DNA of 64,000 nucleotides, from positions 6,734 to 70,733 of the IMG/VR virus record IMGVR_UViG_3300037067_002687. One strand, given 5' to 3'. This DNA comes from a virus. Its lineage: Duplodnaviria > Caudoviricetes. Made by a program: the position numbers and the translations under genes. Shown here in pieces: positions 35,401-44,161 of the stretch (positions within the stretch are counted from its first letter, which is position 1; the number at the start of each line of letters is the position of its first letter). The notes under the pieces were generated by a model, which was not told the DNA's origin, made no database searches, and was given only the letters and a program-made list of their open reading frames with translations.

Positions 35401-38400
35401 GTCAAAGACAAGCCCGAGAGTGTCCACTTGCTGGGCAGAAAATGCCGCCTTCGCTTGCTCTGGAGTGAATCCAAGCCGCTCCTGGACAAACTGGTCCATC
35501 GGTCCCTGTCGTTCCTGGACCCGTTCAAGAGCTTTCGCGTAGGCTTGAGACTGACCACGCGGAATGCACGCATCCATGGCAGGATTCGTCGATGCAACCG
35601 GCGAGGCGACTTGGAAAGCATTCTCTCCGGCACTAGATACACCCAAATCCGGCGGTGCAGCAGCAATATCCTTAGCCGCCGGCATCTTGCCTTCCGCACT
35701 AGGACCTGGGGGGCCATCATCTTCTACCGCTCCTCGTCCGGCAGGAACGTCACCAGCCAATCCCACAGGCTGTTCAGTTCCAGAATCTCGTTCACGCAAT
35801 CCTTCTGGCTCTCCACCGGTTGCGGGAAGCTCCCCTGACTCAGGCCGTACCGGCTCATTAGGATGCTCTGGAACGCTGGGTGCTGGGGAAACCTCGACAG
35901 GTCCTTCGGTAGGTCCAGGAAGTCGCCCAGCTTCTCCTCCCATAGTTCCGCCACGGTCAGCGACGGGTTGTCCTGCTGTTCCGCCATCCAGGCGATTCTC
36001 TGCCCCAGACGATTCAGGAACTTCTCCCACGTCATGTCCTGGTCGGTCGGCTTCAGCGGGACCGCCAGCGGGCCCGGTACGTTCGGGGCCCACGCTAGGA
36101 GCTTCGACTGCCCCGCGATTGGCCAATTTGTCATTGTAAAGGTCCTCCCAACTGCTGTACCATTTCGGGATTCCGTTCTCATTGATGTTGTAGGGCTTCG
36201 GCCGACTGCTTGGGTAATGCCCCTTGATAACGATAACGTCAACAGGGAACGACGCCCCCTGCTTGGAGTATAAGTCTCCATCCACCGTAAAATGGTCAAC
36301 TACATTATACTCGTTGTAGAGCTTGTCGTAAAACGGTTTTCTGTTGCGGTATGCCTTTCCCCTTACGAGCGGGGTGCTTCCCTCTTTCCCCTTGGCGCCG
36401 AGAATCAAGACGGCCGACCCGTCAGACTTCATGTGCGAAAGAGCTTCTAATGCAATAGCGTGGTCCACTTGGTCGGTCTTGACGCCGTCGATGTCCCAGG
36501 CAACCTTCTTGCCGTCCGGGGTGTGAACGGTCCCGAAAGGCGGATTCGCGATAACCACGTCCTTCTGGAAAGCACCCGCCGGCTTGGAGGCATCGTTCTC
36601 GGTGGTGCTGAATCCAAGCGCCCTGAGCATGGCGGCACGGCCGGGGTCAAGCTCATTGGCGTAGGTGTGGTCCGGGTCCGCATCCATTAAGAGCATCCCG
36701 TTACCGGCAGTAGGTTCGTAGACTGACTTAGTTTTGTCGATTCCTGCTAAGCTGGACGCGACCTTCGCCAGTGGTGCCGGGGTGCAGTAGGCTTGCTTCT
36801 CGACGGAGCCGGACGTTCGGCTCGCGAGATTCGGTTGACGCTCGTAGAGGTCAAGGAGGGACTCCCAGGGGGTCTTTCCGGCGGCGGCGTTCCTCGCAGC
36901 CCTGACGACACCCTGTTCGACCGCTTCGTCAATCTCTTTGTTTAGCTTGGGATTGGTCCGGACGTCCGTACCGAGAAGCTCGCCGGCCTCTTTTCGGGCC
37001 TCAAGGATGGTTCCGTAGGACTTTCCTTTGTCGAATTGTTCCCCAAAGTGTTCGCCGAGTGCAATGCGGTTTGGTGCTTCAGGGCTTCCAAAATCTCTTG
37101 GAGTGGCTGCCGGTTCTGGTGCATTTTCGGCCTCACCTTTGACGGAAGGCTCCCCAGCGGGGGGTTCTCCGAATCGCTTATCGGCCCACATAACCGCGGA
37201 TTTCGGGACGTCCACCACCCGGCCGTCTTCTGCGCGAACGCTTAGGCTGGGGTCGTCCGGCGTGGCGTCGTACCGGACTGTCCCGACGATGTCCTCTCCC
37301 TTTGCCTTAACGCGGACCTTCTCGCCTTCAGAGTAGCCGCGCTTCCCGGTGATTCCCTCCTCTAGGTCCGAACGCAACTTCGACCGGCGCTCATCGTAGG
37401 TCGGCTGTTCGGCCGAATACTTCTCGAATCCCTCCCTGGTCCCGAGAACGGCAAAGCGCGGTTTCTCCTCCCCAACCTCGCGCAAGTCAGCCTCTCCCGG
37501 CTTCGGCAGGCCGCCCATGGTATCGACCACCACATCGCCGCCGTACTGGGCAGCAATGCGACGGGCGGTATCCTTGGACGGGATGCCTTTATCGAGAATC
37601 GTTCGACCATCCTGGACAACATCACCCGAGCGTGCGGAATCCCATTGGGGAGTCTCGCTGTTTATCGCATCTGGGGCCCGCCTGTTGGAAGCTGCATCGG
37701 CTGTCGCTGCGGCATCCCCTGGGGTGGCATTTGTGGCCTCTGGCCTTGGGGCGGCATTCCCTGTTGGGCCATTCTCTGGGGCGGGGGCACTCTCGATGCT
37801 CCTGCTCCCGGTATCGGGACTGGGCTCCCGCAATTCGGGCACTTCACCACCGACGGGCGCGGGGCTGGGCCCGACCCTGGGCGGGGTCCGAACCGACCCG
37901 GCATCCCCTGGTTCGCCGGGACTGGGACCACCACGATTGTCTTCCCGGACTTGGACTTCTTTTTGCGTATTGCCATTCTGCTCTCCTTCTTGGTTGACGG
38001 GTTGCGTGACTTGATTTTCAGCCCGCTCGACAGGCTGCCGCTCTTGTAGAGTAACAAGCCCGGCCGGCGGCGTTGGCAGGGAATTGATTCGTGCGGTCAG
38101 GTCTCCAGCCTTCAGAGCGCCAGGGGCCGACATTATCATCATGGGTCCTACGGCATGGGCAGCGGACTTCAATCCGGCCGCTCCGATGGCCATAGCGTCC
38201 GGATAGTCGGTCTGACCGGCTAACCAGCGGCCAAACTCATGGGAGGCGGCGTCGATAGCGCCGGCGCTGGCCATGATGGCGGAACCTTTCGCAGTGTGCT
38301 TTATCAGGTGGCTCGCCATGACCTCAACGGCCTTCTTTCCGACAAGGGCGTTGATTTCCTGTTGTGAGGCACCCGCACCCCAGGCGGCCTTTGACCAGAC

Positions 38401-39291
38401 GGCCCCCGGCAAGCCACCGAATAGGATAGATTGGCCTACCATGCTTCCCAGGGCGACGTAGTGGGCCGTTTCGGGGTCTAGCCCCTCCTGGATTCCTTGC
38501 GAGTAGCTGGCGTCGTAGGTGGGCTTCCCGAACACGGCTGCGGCGGCACCCGTTTGGCCCGTGAGGCTTGCGGCCAGCTTGGGCACTCCAGCCCCAATCG
38601 CTCCGGCTGTCATCTTGGTTCCGAGAGCCTCCACCGCGCGAACGGACGGGTACATAGCGGCAGCGCCGACAGCCCATTCCCTCGGGTCCAGTAGCGAAGC
38701 CTCGGGCGAAACCTCGGGGCTTATGGTGTCCCGCGTGTTGCGAATCTGGTTGAGGAATTGCTCCTGGTCGGGCTCGAAGTTTCCTACGTAACGCTCGATG
38801 GGCTTGTATACCATTTCGCCAAGAGAGCCGATGCCGGAAGCCACGGCACCGATTGACCGGTCCACGAAATTGCGTTCGTAGTATTTCGGTTCCTGGGACG
38901 CGATATGTGAAACCGCCGACAAGACATCCTTCCGCAATTCCGGAGGAGTTTGCTGCGCTACGTCAATGTCGCCCTTCAACTCACGGCCGATGTCGCTAAC
39001 CGCATTGGCGGCAAGGCCGAACACCTTGTTGGTCTTGGCGATTTCCTCCGGGGTAGCAATCGGGTCATTCATCCAGGAATCTTCGTTTCCTGGGTCCTTG
39101 GTGTAGTCGTGCGATTCGTACACTAAATTGCCATTGACCAATTTCGGAAAGAAGGTGTCCGGAAGCGGCTCCTTGGACGCCCATGGGGGCTGGACCTTCG
39201 GCGCACCCGGAAGTGGCCCCTTGTAGTCCCGCGAGTACCCAACAATCGGGTCGTCTTCCCAATTCTCAGGAACGGATTCCATTGACTCCAT
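29407..39291 (-). CDS. giant DarB-like ejection polyprotein: N6-adenine MTase + strawberry-notch SF2 helicase (3294 aa)
   Basis: MTase motif I VYEPTAGNG (~36700) and IV NPPF (36535-36546); helicase GHQTGFGKGR (~35350), SDEAH (~34925), QILGRINRTGQ (~33715); last gene of the internal-virion block. Confidence 0.85.
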   Translation of the reverse strand: MESMESVPENWEDDPIVGYSRDYKGPLPGAPKVQPPWASKEPLPDTFFPKLVNGNLVYESHDYTKDPGNEDSWMNDPIATPEEIAKTNKVFGLAANAVSDIGRELKGDIDVAQQTPPELRKDVLSAVSHIASQEPKYYERNFVDRSIGAVASGIGSLGEMVYKPIERYVGNFEPDQEQFLNQIRNTRDTISPEVSPEASLLDPREWAVGAAAMYPSVRAVEALGTKMTAGAIGAGVPKLAASLTGQTGAAAAVFGKPTYDASYSQGIQEGLDPETAHYVALGSMVGQSILFGGLPGAVWSKAAWGAGASQQEINALVGKKAVEVMASHLIKHTAKGSAIMASAGAIDAASHEFGRWLAGQTDYPDAMAIGAAGLKSAAHAVGPMMIMSAPGALKAGDLTARINSLPTPPAGLVTLQERQPVERAENQVTQPVNQEGEQNGNTQKEVQVREDNRGGPSPGEPGDAGSVRTPPRVGPSPAPVGGEVPELREPSPDTGSRSIESAPAPENGPTGNAAPRPEATNATPGDAAATADAASNRRAPDAINSETPQWDSARSGDVVQDGRTILDKGIPSKDTARRIAAQYGGDVVVDTMGGLPKPGEADLREVGEEKPRFAVLGTREGFEKYSAEQPTYDERRSKLRSDLEEGITGKRGYSEGEKVRVKAKGEDIVGTVRYDATPDDPSLSVRAEDGRVVDVPKSAVMWADKRFGEPPAGEPSVKGEAENAPEPAATPRDFGSPEAPNRIALGEHFGEQFDKGKSYGTILEARKEAGELLGTDVRTNPKLNKEIDEAVEQGVVRAARNAAAGKTPWESLLDLYERQPNLASRTSGSVEKQAYCTPAPLAKVASSLAGIDKTKSVYEPTAGNGMLLMDADPDHTYANELDPGRAAMLRALGFSTTENDASKPAGAFQKDVVIANPPFGTVHTPDGKKVAWDIDGVKTDQVDHAIALEALSHMKSDGSAVLILGAKGKEGSTPLVRGKAYRNRKPFYDKLYNEYNVVDHFTVDGDLYSKQGASFPVDVIVIKGHYPSSRPKPYNINENGIPKWYSSWEDLYNDKLANRGAVEAPSVGPERTGPAGGPAEADRPGHDVGEVPESSGAENRLDGGTAGQPVADRGGTMGGEAGRLPGPTEGPVEVSPAPSVPEHPNEPVRPESGELPATGGEPEGLRERDSGTEQPVGLAGDVPAGRGAVEDDGPPGPSAEGKMPAAKDIAAAPPDLGVSSAGENAFQVASPVASTNPAMDACIPRGQSQAYAKALERVQERQGPMDQFVQERLGFTPEQAKAAFSAQQVDTLGLVFDNHEKGLATVIGHQTGFGKGRIIAGIMEYAKRKSLIPLFLTKSPDLLSSQIDAMTEVGLNTPEKPFTFLATGDFSGRSKVKLSDGRVISQTGEEAKRICQEAAKNYLKGKGLTAKVNGKSVTFDAIFTTYPQIQTVAKSEPWRRNFLRSLASNSFVISDEAHNAGGGGTNDRAAKNHLENRAEFARTLVGDAAGVAYSTATWAKHPGVLDLYFRSGLGAAVDDPKKLPEIFHKLGIPGQQMASEMMTEGGYLTRLEQSWDGIDFHQKVIPTDLSKIDSMTEIFRSINDFDRAKEESMEAVESTIVSQGGMLSADNAVGNAGVESTQFSSILWNLVDQMIFASKADVVADEAIQHWKEGKAVFVAVDNTLESVLQGYADQNELNAGDKIDIDFRDLLQKYLDRSRRITLKGDKDDKSTWERRQLTDEELGPVALQLFEKTQGLINKFEKGVTASPIDRMIYKMRQAGMNVKEITGRQMVIDYRADGSAILTNRPDTEVGSQGKLASVAGFNDGTVDVIIGNRSSAEGISAHASEKNPVAGQKRRVMLVAQAAKNIDEFMQILGRINRTGQIREVNGQTNMPMYVLPMTDVPAELRPAATLTKKLRNLNANVTANAESAINFNVPDIINKIGDEAIIRWFSENSDAHHMIGSPLSDDVLRKQVSAGDPGAVARKLSGRVALLPVEMQQAFWDDVTAMFNSKIEELEQSGQNPLEAKTLPLEAKTTSRFKIADGNDESDNPFEHSAYVDEVDAKKVGQSMSSKEIKKRLKASGGKQGDMSDPDNRKSWTKESYETLRKSTIEYLDSQLEGVVDPDTRNARRQSMSTYFDKVTGAMRQLAPGTTITYDTMDGGIDGIVLGFSRTGKAKNPSAPSAWTVEVALADSTRVVKIPVSQIAVADPALRPSYSDFDGVLKQFDDARTTSREKRYIATGNVIAAAGKLEGVRAQPTFFTDNKGNIQRGLLLPKNFDVQQWAKNKPIVMSKSSHSMEAVEAGITLTSPDHVVSVMKSNGILVVRVPISKRTGGAYFLNKPLQEAANNEFVSRGGIKMELYVTEPDRQQAAIDALMRITSLQAESNRETARKIVGETIPTAEAPKPEGPQVRDWSDAGGSGKGPPKPPKYTSPPPDDNGEDSTRVYGSVMPAMLPSVELGGAFKNHADQIRDLFGNSHLPKLSRTTSSVRDAAFSHAYASQAARPIVADLLQKVFGNKPSKKEMADVADVLNADNILGIYDASLSSGHMKWAEDIKETHDLDALDAFVQEKLNDPKITEQVELWKTHVNPYLNELYNEVKMLDKDTPQDGRGRHTDARINLLTLDRAAKWGEFRENNTNPMPQGSGAGAGAHRNPDVRRDSYMRRAKGTGEYSNDLETNLMAVVGPRYNQATKVRFYQSLVDSRVAVLEPPRQAGRRFEFKGPEGYERIPVDLPVTDPETLQTHINERGAIWVRNDLVGETKRILNTDMKGNPLWWADILTKVQLLSQADAVSHSLNLWRTITNSQGAESTLSDVLRKIPFLSGADSAVRIVRKMSDVVNQTPDVVARTAELAKIGAIRPAYQTKWPGAKAIHAIDTASRLVLDDFFTNLVKRGSAKDTPGNRRDFINQLGVYNRRVMGKVEQNLRDYGLSPFIVAGKTMNRVARRAVLGNPGFEAASKAAATEARLVQLSKLALIPTMAAIANYMNSGSPFGRPGTPLGSIDLGDDEKGRRKILDIFQVEGLSRGLRSLGLRSLMRDVQQGRNANQVMGDMLTETIQTVMHPFTGPGIGFLSKALTGSQFMDMRGQMEAERIPEGGMAQKVENTRAAMEAQNPLMYGVGKSLARLFGVEVSGTPKEDADKAILEQAVRSYGVTTMAQPTTAAGELAKTLLTNKLGSGITEDERHKIEAKQPALAAFRKGDVKAGTEAVSGLLKSGDISHREAVNLRKKGQMTDLQWRARNLSTQELKLVWKEATQEERLSLRPLVRSRIVRKQKPEDRKALIDMANSLKTGNNPKSDKLSKNGIDIESP

Positions 39292-39294
39292 GTT

Positions 39295-41007
39295 TTACTT
39301 CCCCCTCTTGGTTCGGTAGGTTCCGTCCGGAGCTAGGTAGGTCGTTCCTTGCGTTGTCTTTGGTTTCCAGTCCGGGATATTTTCGGTCCCCGCGGAACCG
39401 GGTGATGGCTGCGGCGCGGCCGGACGCTTGGGTGCAACACTCACCGGAGGCGCTGGCGGGGGATTGCTTACCGCTTTTTGCGACGACTGCGGGATTTCGC
39501 CGCCCGACGAGCCGGCCCAGCGGTAGAACTGCATGTACTGCTCATAATTCTCTCCTGGATGCGTTTGACGAAACTCCTGGCGGGTGAACGGACGGCCCGC
39601 CTTGATATGCTCAAGGTACTCCTGAAGTTTTTCCGGAGGAGCGCCTTTAATCTTATCAATCCAGCCGACGGGAACCGGTTCCGATTCGGGCTTCTCCCAA
39701 TCGACTGGAGCTAAAATGCGACCTGTTTTCCGTCGCTGAAGTTCCGCGTTCGCCTCTTCGCTCTCTTGCCCACCGTAAGCGCTGGAGTAATCGCCAATCT
39801 GCTTGGCCGTAGTTCCGACGAACTTCCTCTTCAGGTAATCGGAATAGTCGGACGAACGCTGGCGCGCGGACGAGCCGAAATTGCGCTCCTGAAAATCCAT
39901 CTGGTCCATGGCGAACTGTCGGGCTTGTTCGTAGTCCTTGGGCTCAAGTGGAATAACCAGACCGGAGTCAGGGTCCTTGACGGTACGCCGGCGAAGCTCG
40001 GCATCCACAAGGCCATTGAAGGTCTTTAGCCGCTCCGCATCTTGACTCGCCTGCGCTGCCTCCACCTTTGCCTGAAGGGCGGCCTGCTTCTCTTGCTGCT
40101 GCTGCTGCTGCTTCAGCATCTCGAATTGGTTTTCAAGAGGCTTTGGGCGGCCGTGCTGGTCGTAGGTCATCCACATTCCCGTTGAGGGCGACTTCCACAT
40201 GCGGGATTCGCCCTGGGCCTCAATGGGAGAAACTACGTTACCGCCAGACGCTGACGGCGACAGGCTAGAACGCGGGGCATATCCGCTATTCGTTGCCGTA
40301 ATCGTCCCGGCAGGCCCCTTACTCCAGCCAGTACCAGGACCAGAAGGAAGGTTCTCGTCATCGCCCACTTGGTTAGCAAGGTAAGTGGGCCCATTGAATT
40401 GAGCGTGTTCTGGGACATTCTGACCTCCATTTTCGATGCCTTGGTATTGCCCGCCCGGCAGTTCGGCTTGATTCCTGCCGTAATCGGGCTGGTTGTTCGG
40501 CGCGTTCTGGGAAACATCCCACGATTTCGTCTTGGGGTCGAATATCCACGTTGCCCCAGGGCTTCCGAACGCGCCATCACGGTCCACATAGACCATCTTG
40601 GAAATCTGCTGCTCCGGCGGAGGCGGTAGTTTCCATGAAGGAGTCGGTATCGGGACAAGACTACTTTCCGCGACGTCGCACTCGTCGAGTGCCGTCTTGC
40701 GTGATTCCTCGGGAAGGTCTGCCCCGTTAATCCAGGCACGGGCTGAATTGATTCGGCTGAGTTGCTGTTCCTGCTGCGGCGTAAATCGCAAGGTCCCGGC
40801 CTTGAGGCCCTGCTCCATTTCGGCACGCTTCTGCTGCTTCTCCTGCTCGCGCATCTGGTCCATGACTTGCATGGTCTGGATGGCCTCTTGCTGTCGGTAC
40901 AGGTCGGCCGCGGCAGCGTGCAGTCCCAGTGACTCGTTAGGGTCGGTTTCGGTGTCTGCCGAATCCTGGGGCTCCTCTTCGGAGTCAAGGTAATCGTACT
41001 CTCCCAT
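39295..41007 (-). CDS. putative internal virion (ejection) protein
   Basis: 570 aa, Q/E/P-rich helical; position between tail and giant protein. Confidence 0.65.
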   Translation of the reverse strand: MGEYDYLDSEEEPQDSADTETDPNESLGLHAAAADLYRQQEAIQTMQVMDQMREQEKQQKRAEMEQGLKAGTLRFTPQQEQQLSRINSARAWINGADLPEESRKTALDECDVAESSLVPIPTPSWKLPPPPEQQISKMVYVDRDGAFGSPGATWIFDPKTKSWDVSQNAPNNQPDYGRNQAELPGGQYQGIENGGQNVPEHAQFNGPTYLANQVGDDENLPSGPGTGWSKGPAGTITATNSGYAPRSSLSPSASGGNVVSPIEAQGESRMWKSPSTGMWMTYDQHGRPKPLENQFEMLKQQQQQQEKQAALQAKVEAAQASQDAERLKTFNGLVDAELRRRTVKDPDSGLVIPLEPKDYEQARQFAMDQMDFQERNFGSSARQRSSDYSDYLKRKFVGTTAKQIGDYSSAYGGQESEEANAELQRRKTGRILAPVDWEKPESEPVPVGWIDKIKGAPPEKLQEYLEHIKAGRPFTRQEFRQTHPGENYEQYMQFYRWAGSSGGEIPQSSQKAVSNPPPAPPVSVAPKRPAAPQPSPGSAGTENIPDWKPKTTQGTTYLAPDGTYRTKRGK

Positions 41008-41021
41008 TGCCGTTGCTCCCC

Positions 41022-41789
41022 TTATGCGTAGTAGTCGTCGTAGGAATAGTCGCTCGTGTCGTCGTAGTACGGGTCGTAGTACGAGTCGGAGTAATCGTCA
41101 TAGCTCGTTCCGTCGTAGTAATCGCCATAGCTCGTGTCGCCATAGTCGTAATAGCTGCCCCAGTCGTCCGCGTAGTTGGAGTCGGTCCCAGTTAGGGCAT
41201 CCACCGCCCAATCGCCATAATTGGCGCGGATGGTGTCAAGGTCGGACTGTGAGTAATCGGAGTATTGGTCCGGGAAGAAGTCGTTCAAGCTCACGCCGCC
41301 CGAGTTACGTAAAAACTGGTCGTACTGACTCTGGACGCCCGACGTCGTAAGCTCCGATGCGTCCCAGGGGAGGCCCGACGTGTTGGAAGCAACACTCCCC
41401 GAGGAGGCTTGACCGGGTGTGGTTTGCTGAGTAGGATACACCGACTGATTTCGAGAATCGGCGATTTGCGTTCTGGCGGCCAATTGCTTGTCGAGCAACG
41501 CCTGCTGCTGCGCATAGGCCGCGTCCCGCTGCTGTTGTTGCGATAGCTGATTGGCCGACTGCAACCACTGGTCGCGTTGCGTCTGGTACTCCTGCTGGGA
41601 AGCAAGTTGGTCCTTGGCGGCTTGCAGGGACGTCAGACGGTCCCAATACTGATACGTCAACTTGTCAGCATTGGATTGCTTTTGATAGGCGAGGTTGGCG
41701 TCGTATTCGGCCGACTTACGCTGACCTCCGGCAAAGCCCGCACCGGCAATGACACCCATAGCCGGCTGATTCTGTACTGTGATGCCCAT
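41022..41789 (-). CDS. putative internal virion protein with Tyr/Asp-rich C-terminus
   Basis: GVIAGAGFAGG N-terminus, Q-rich helix, low-complexity YD tail. Confidence 0.7.
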   Translation of the reverse strand: MGITVQNQPAMGVIAGAGFAGGQRKSAEYDANLAYQKQSNADKLTYQYWDRLTSLQAAKDQLASQQEYQTQRDQWLQSANQLSQQQQRDAAYAQQQALLDKQLAARTQIADSRNQSVYPTQQTTPGQASSGSVASNTSGLPWDASELTTSGVQSQYDQFLRNSGGVSLNDFFPDQYSDYSQSDLDTIRANYGDWAVDALTGTDSNYADDWGSYYDYGDTSYGDYYDGTSYDDYSDSYYDPYYDDTSDYSYDDYYA

Positions 41790-41804
41790 AATAGCTCTCC
41801 AGAG

Positions 41805-43328
41805 TTAGACGTATCCCCAAGGAAGAAGGTCAGAGGGAATCGTACTATTCCCCATTGCGCTGTTCGAGCCGATGTTGGCCGTCGGCGTGCTGCTATCGAC
41901 AAGCCCCATGTCGGTGACACCGTCCGGAAGTGTCGGATAGATGAAGATTCCGCTACCGCCAGTGGCAGACCCTTGGCCTGTTCCGTCGTCCTTTGACGCC
42001 ATGGATGTACCGCGATTAACACCCGAGGAACCGCTCCCACCACCACCTCCTCCGCCTCCGCTGCTTGGGTATCCGCCGCCACCGCCCCCTCCCACAATGC
42101 CGCCAGTGCCAGTCATCGTCCCGGCCTTTTTGGCGGTGGTCGCCACGGTCGAAGTGTACGAATTACCAGTATTGGTCGATGATGGAGTGTTGGTTATCGT
42201 GGAAGCTGGAGTCGTGTCGGGTATCGTGGAGTCGGTTCCGATGTTTTGGGCCATAGCCGCCAGCAAGCTCATGTCGGGGTACTCGTCCGTTCGCCGCTCC
42301 ATGGCACCAAGCTGATTCGTGAGCGTTTGGCTCTGGTAGCCTAGCTTCTGTTGAGCGAGGTAGTTCTCCAGGTTGTTGAGTGAGTATTGCTTTTGCTTCT
42401 CATAAGCACTCCCAACCCCGGCGCCGATAGTGGTATTCGAGAGGCCGGACGACACGAGCTTTTGCTGCCCAGCGGAGGCGGCATTGCGAAACTCGTCCTG
42501 GATGTCCGTTCTTTGCTGCCCACCCATCTGGTCCACCGTGGCCATCTGTTGGGCGTAGAGGTCGTTGTAGCCGGTCATCATCTGATTGTACCGGCTCTCA
42601 TTCGACGCCTTCGCGGTATCGTAGCTGCTCTGGTACTGATTCGCCAAGTCCGTCAACATCGCCTGCTGATTCAGCTTCCCGTCGGTAAACCAGGAGGTCG
42701 GATTCAGGCCGGTTGACGCGGACGTGGTGGTGGCGGTCTGCTGACTCCCCGGAACCTGGATTCCCCCGGTTCCGGTCGTTACCGTCGAGTTTCCGTTCGC
42801 GTCGTCCGGCATACCAAGGCCGGAGGCAGTGGAGGAAGTCGTTCCGGTTGCAATTCCTTGCTGCTGTTTGAGCTTCTCGACCAAGGAGGAGCCGTCGTAT
42901 CCGGTCGGCTGTGGCAGGCCTGTAAAGGGATTGGTCGCCACGCTTCCAGTTGCGGACGCCTGCTGGCTGTGGGCTTGCTCATACGCAACACGAGCCGGGC
43001 TTCCCGGCGGAAGACTCCTCGGGTCAACACCTAGCTGCGCCGCGGACGCCGACGCCTGATTGGTGGATTGTGTGCCAGCGGGTGCCAGATAACCAGCCTG
43101 CGATAGGGCATCCCTTAGCTGGGACGCATCGGGCGTCAGGGTACGTCCGGCATTCTCGGCATCCCCGATGGATTTCCCGACCTTATTGAGGTTGCCCTCG
43201 ACGACGTTGTAGGCCACGTCCGGGTGTTGTTGACTGGCCTGCCAGACCCTAGCATCCGCCAAGGTTCCGTAGTTCCCAGCGCCAATGTACTGTTGATATA
43301 AGGCCCGGTCTTCGGCGACACCCATCAT
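41805..43328 (-). CDS. putative internal virion/pilot protein
   Basis: 507 aa, T/S/G/Q-rich with poly-Gly tract; first gene after promoter 43356-43384. Confidence 0.65.
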   Translation of the reverse strand: MMGVAEDRALYQQYIGAGNYGTLADARVWQASQQHPDVAYNVVEGNLNKVGKSIGDAENAGRTLTPDASQLRDALSQAGYLAPAGTQSTNQASASAAQLGVDPRSLPPGSPARVAYEQAHSQQASATGSVATNPFTGLPQPTGYDGSSLVEKLKQQQGIATGTTSSTASGLGMPDDANGNSTVTTGTGGIQVPGSQQTATTTSASTGLNPTSWFTDGKLNQQAMLTDLANQYQSSYDTAKASNESRYNQMMTGYNDLYAQQMATVDQMGGQQRTDIQDEFRNAASAGQQKLVSSGLSNTTIGAGVGSAYEKQKQYSLNNLENYLAQQKLGYQSQTLTNQLGAMERRTDEYPDMSLLAAMAQNIGTDSTIPDTTPASTITNTPSSTNTGNSYTSTVATTAKKAGTMTGTGGIVGGGGGGGYPSSGGGGGGGGSGSSGVNRGTSMASKDDGTGQGSATGGSGIFIYPTLPDGVTDMGLVDSSTPTANIGSNSAMGNSTIPSDLLPWGYV

Positions 43329-43342
43329 TCACCCCCAATCGA

Positions 43343-43384
43343 CTGACAGCTTGTCAGTATACCACGTAACGAAATGGAATGCAA
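43343..43384 (-). promoter_or_regulatory. operator copy 7 (CTGACAGCTTGTCAG, 43343-43357) + sigma70 promoter
   Basis: - strand TTGCAT (43384-43379), 17 bp, TATACT (43361-43356). Confidence 0.8.
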
Positions 43385-43394
43385 TACCAGTTTT

Positions 43395-44150
43395 TTATTC
43401 CGTGACAAAAACAGCAATCACGGTCAGGTTTTGCGCGTCACCGGTCGAGCCGGCTGTGACCTTTACTTCAAGGGATGTCCCCCTTGCAAGTATCTGCTGA
43501 GCCGCCACAATGGTTGCCCCCGCGTTGGCACCTGGAGTGCCGGCGGCTGGCACGATAGGCCCGTTGTTGGTGTTCTCGCTGCACGCCTCGGTCCCGGCGT
43601 TCATTAGATTCACATTCGGCTGGTTCGCACCGCCATCCGAAATGGACTGGTAAACGTAAAACTGGCACAAGGCGACCGAACGCCAGAGGTTTTTCCAGAA
43701 GGTCTTACCAATCGACGCCAGCTTCGTGCTGGTGGACGAGGCCGCGTAGAGGCCCGGCAGCGACAGCGTCACCGTATGAACATGGTCAGCCTGCCCAACG
43801 TAAAGGGACGTCAGGTCAGCCGAAAGCGACACACCGGCGACGTCAATGTAGGAGTTGGCGGACAAGGCCGATATGACGCCATACCGCACCGTTGCCGAGC
43901 CGGTGATGGTGTAGCGAAGCGGAAGACCGACGGCCACCACGGACGTATCCGACATCGCCAGCCTTGTGGTTGATGTTGGTGTCGCCGTGTACTTCGCCGC
44001 CGAAACGAGCCTCCAGGAGGATTGCGTGGACACGTAATCGTAGAGCGAACCCACCGTCACCTTGTTGGTGGTGGTAGACTGCACGATGGGCAAGACATCG
44101 GCATCCGAGATTGCGCCGGACGACGGAAGGGCGGATATTTTGGTACTCAT
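43395..44150 (-). CDS. tail fibre/appendage-like protein
   Basis: KISALP...DADVLPIVQ..TT.KVTV N-terminus typical of fibre anchors; T/S/A-rich beta composition. Confidence 0.6.
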   Translation of the reverse strand: MSTKISALPSSGAISDADVLPIVQSTTTNKVTVGSLYDYVSTQSSWRLVSAAKYTATPTSTTRLAMSDTSVVAVGLPLRYTITGSATVRYGVISALSANSYIDVAGVSLSADLTSLYVGQADHVHTVTLSLPGLYAASSTSTKLASIGKTFWKNLWRSVALCQFYVYQSISDGGANQPNVNLMNAGTEACSENTNNGPIVPAAGTPGANAGATIVAAQQILARGTSLEVKVTAGSTGDAQNLTVIAVFVTE

Positions 44151-44161
44151 GGCGTTCCCTC

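Noticed and set aside
41655-41670. Half-match to the operator (..CAACTTGTCAG)
   Set aside because: Left half does not match, mid-gene, no promoter nearby
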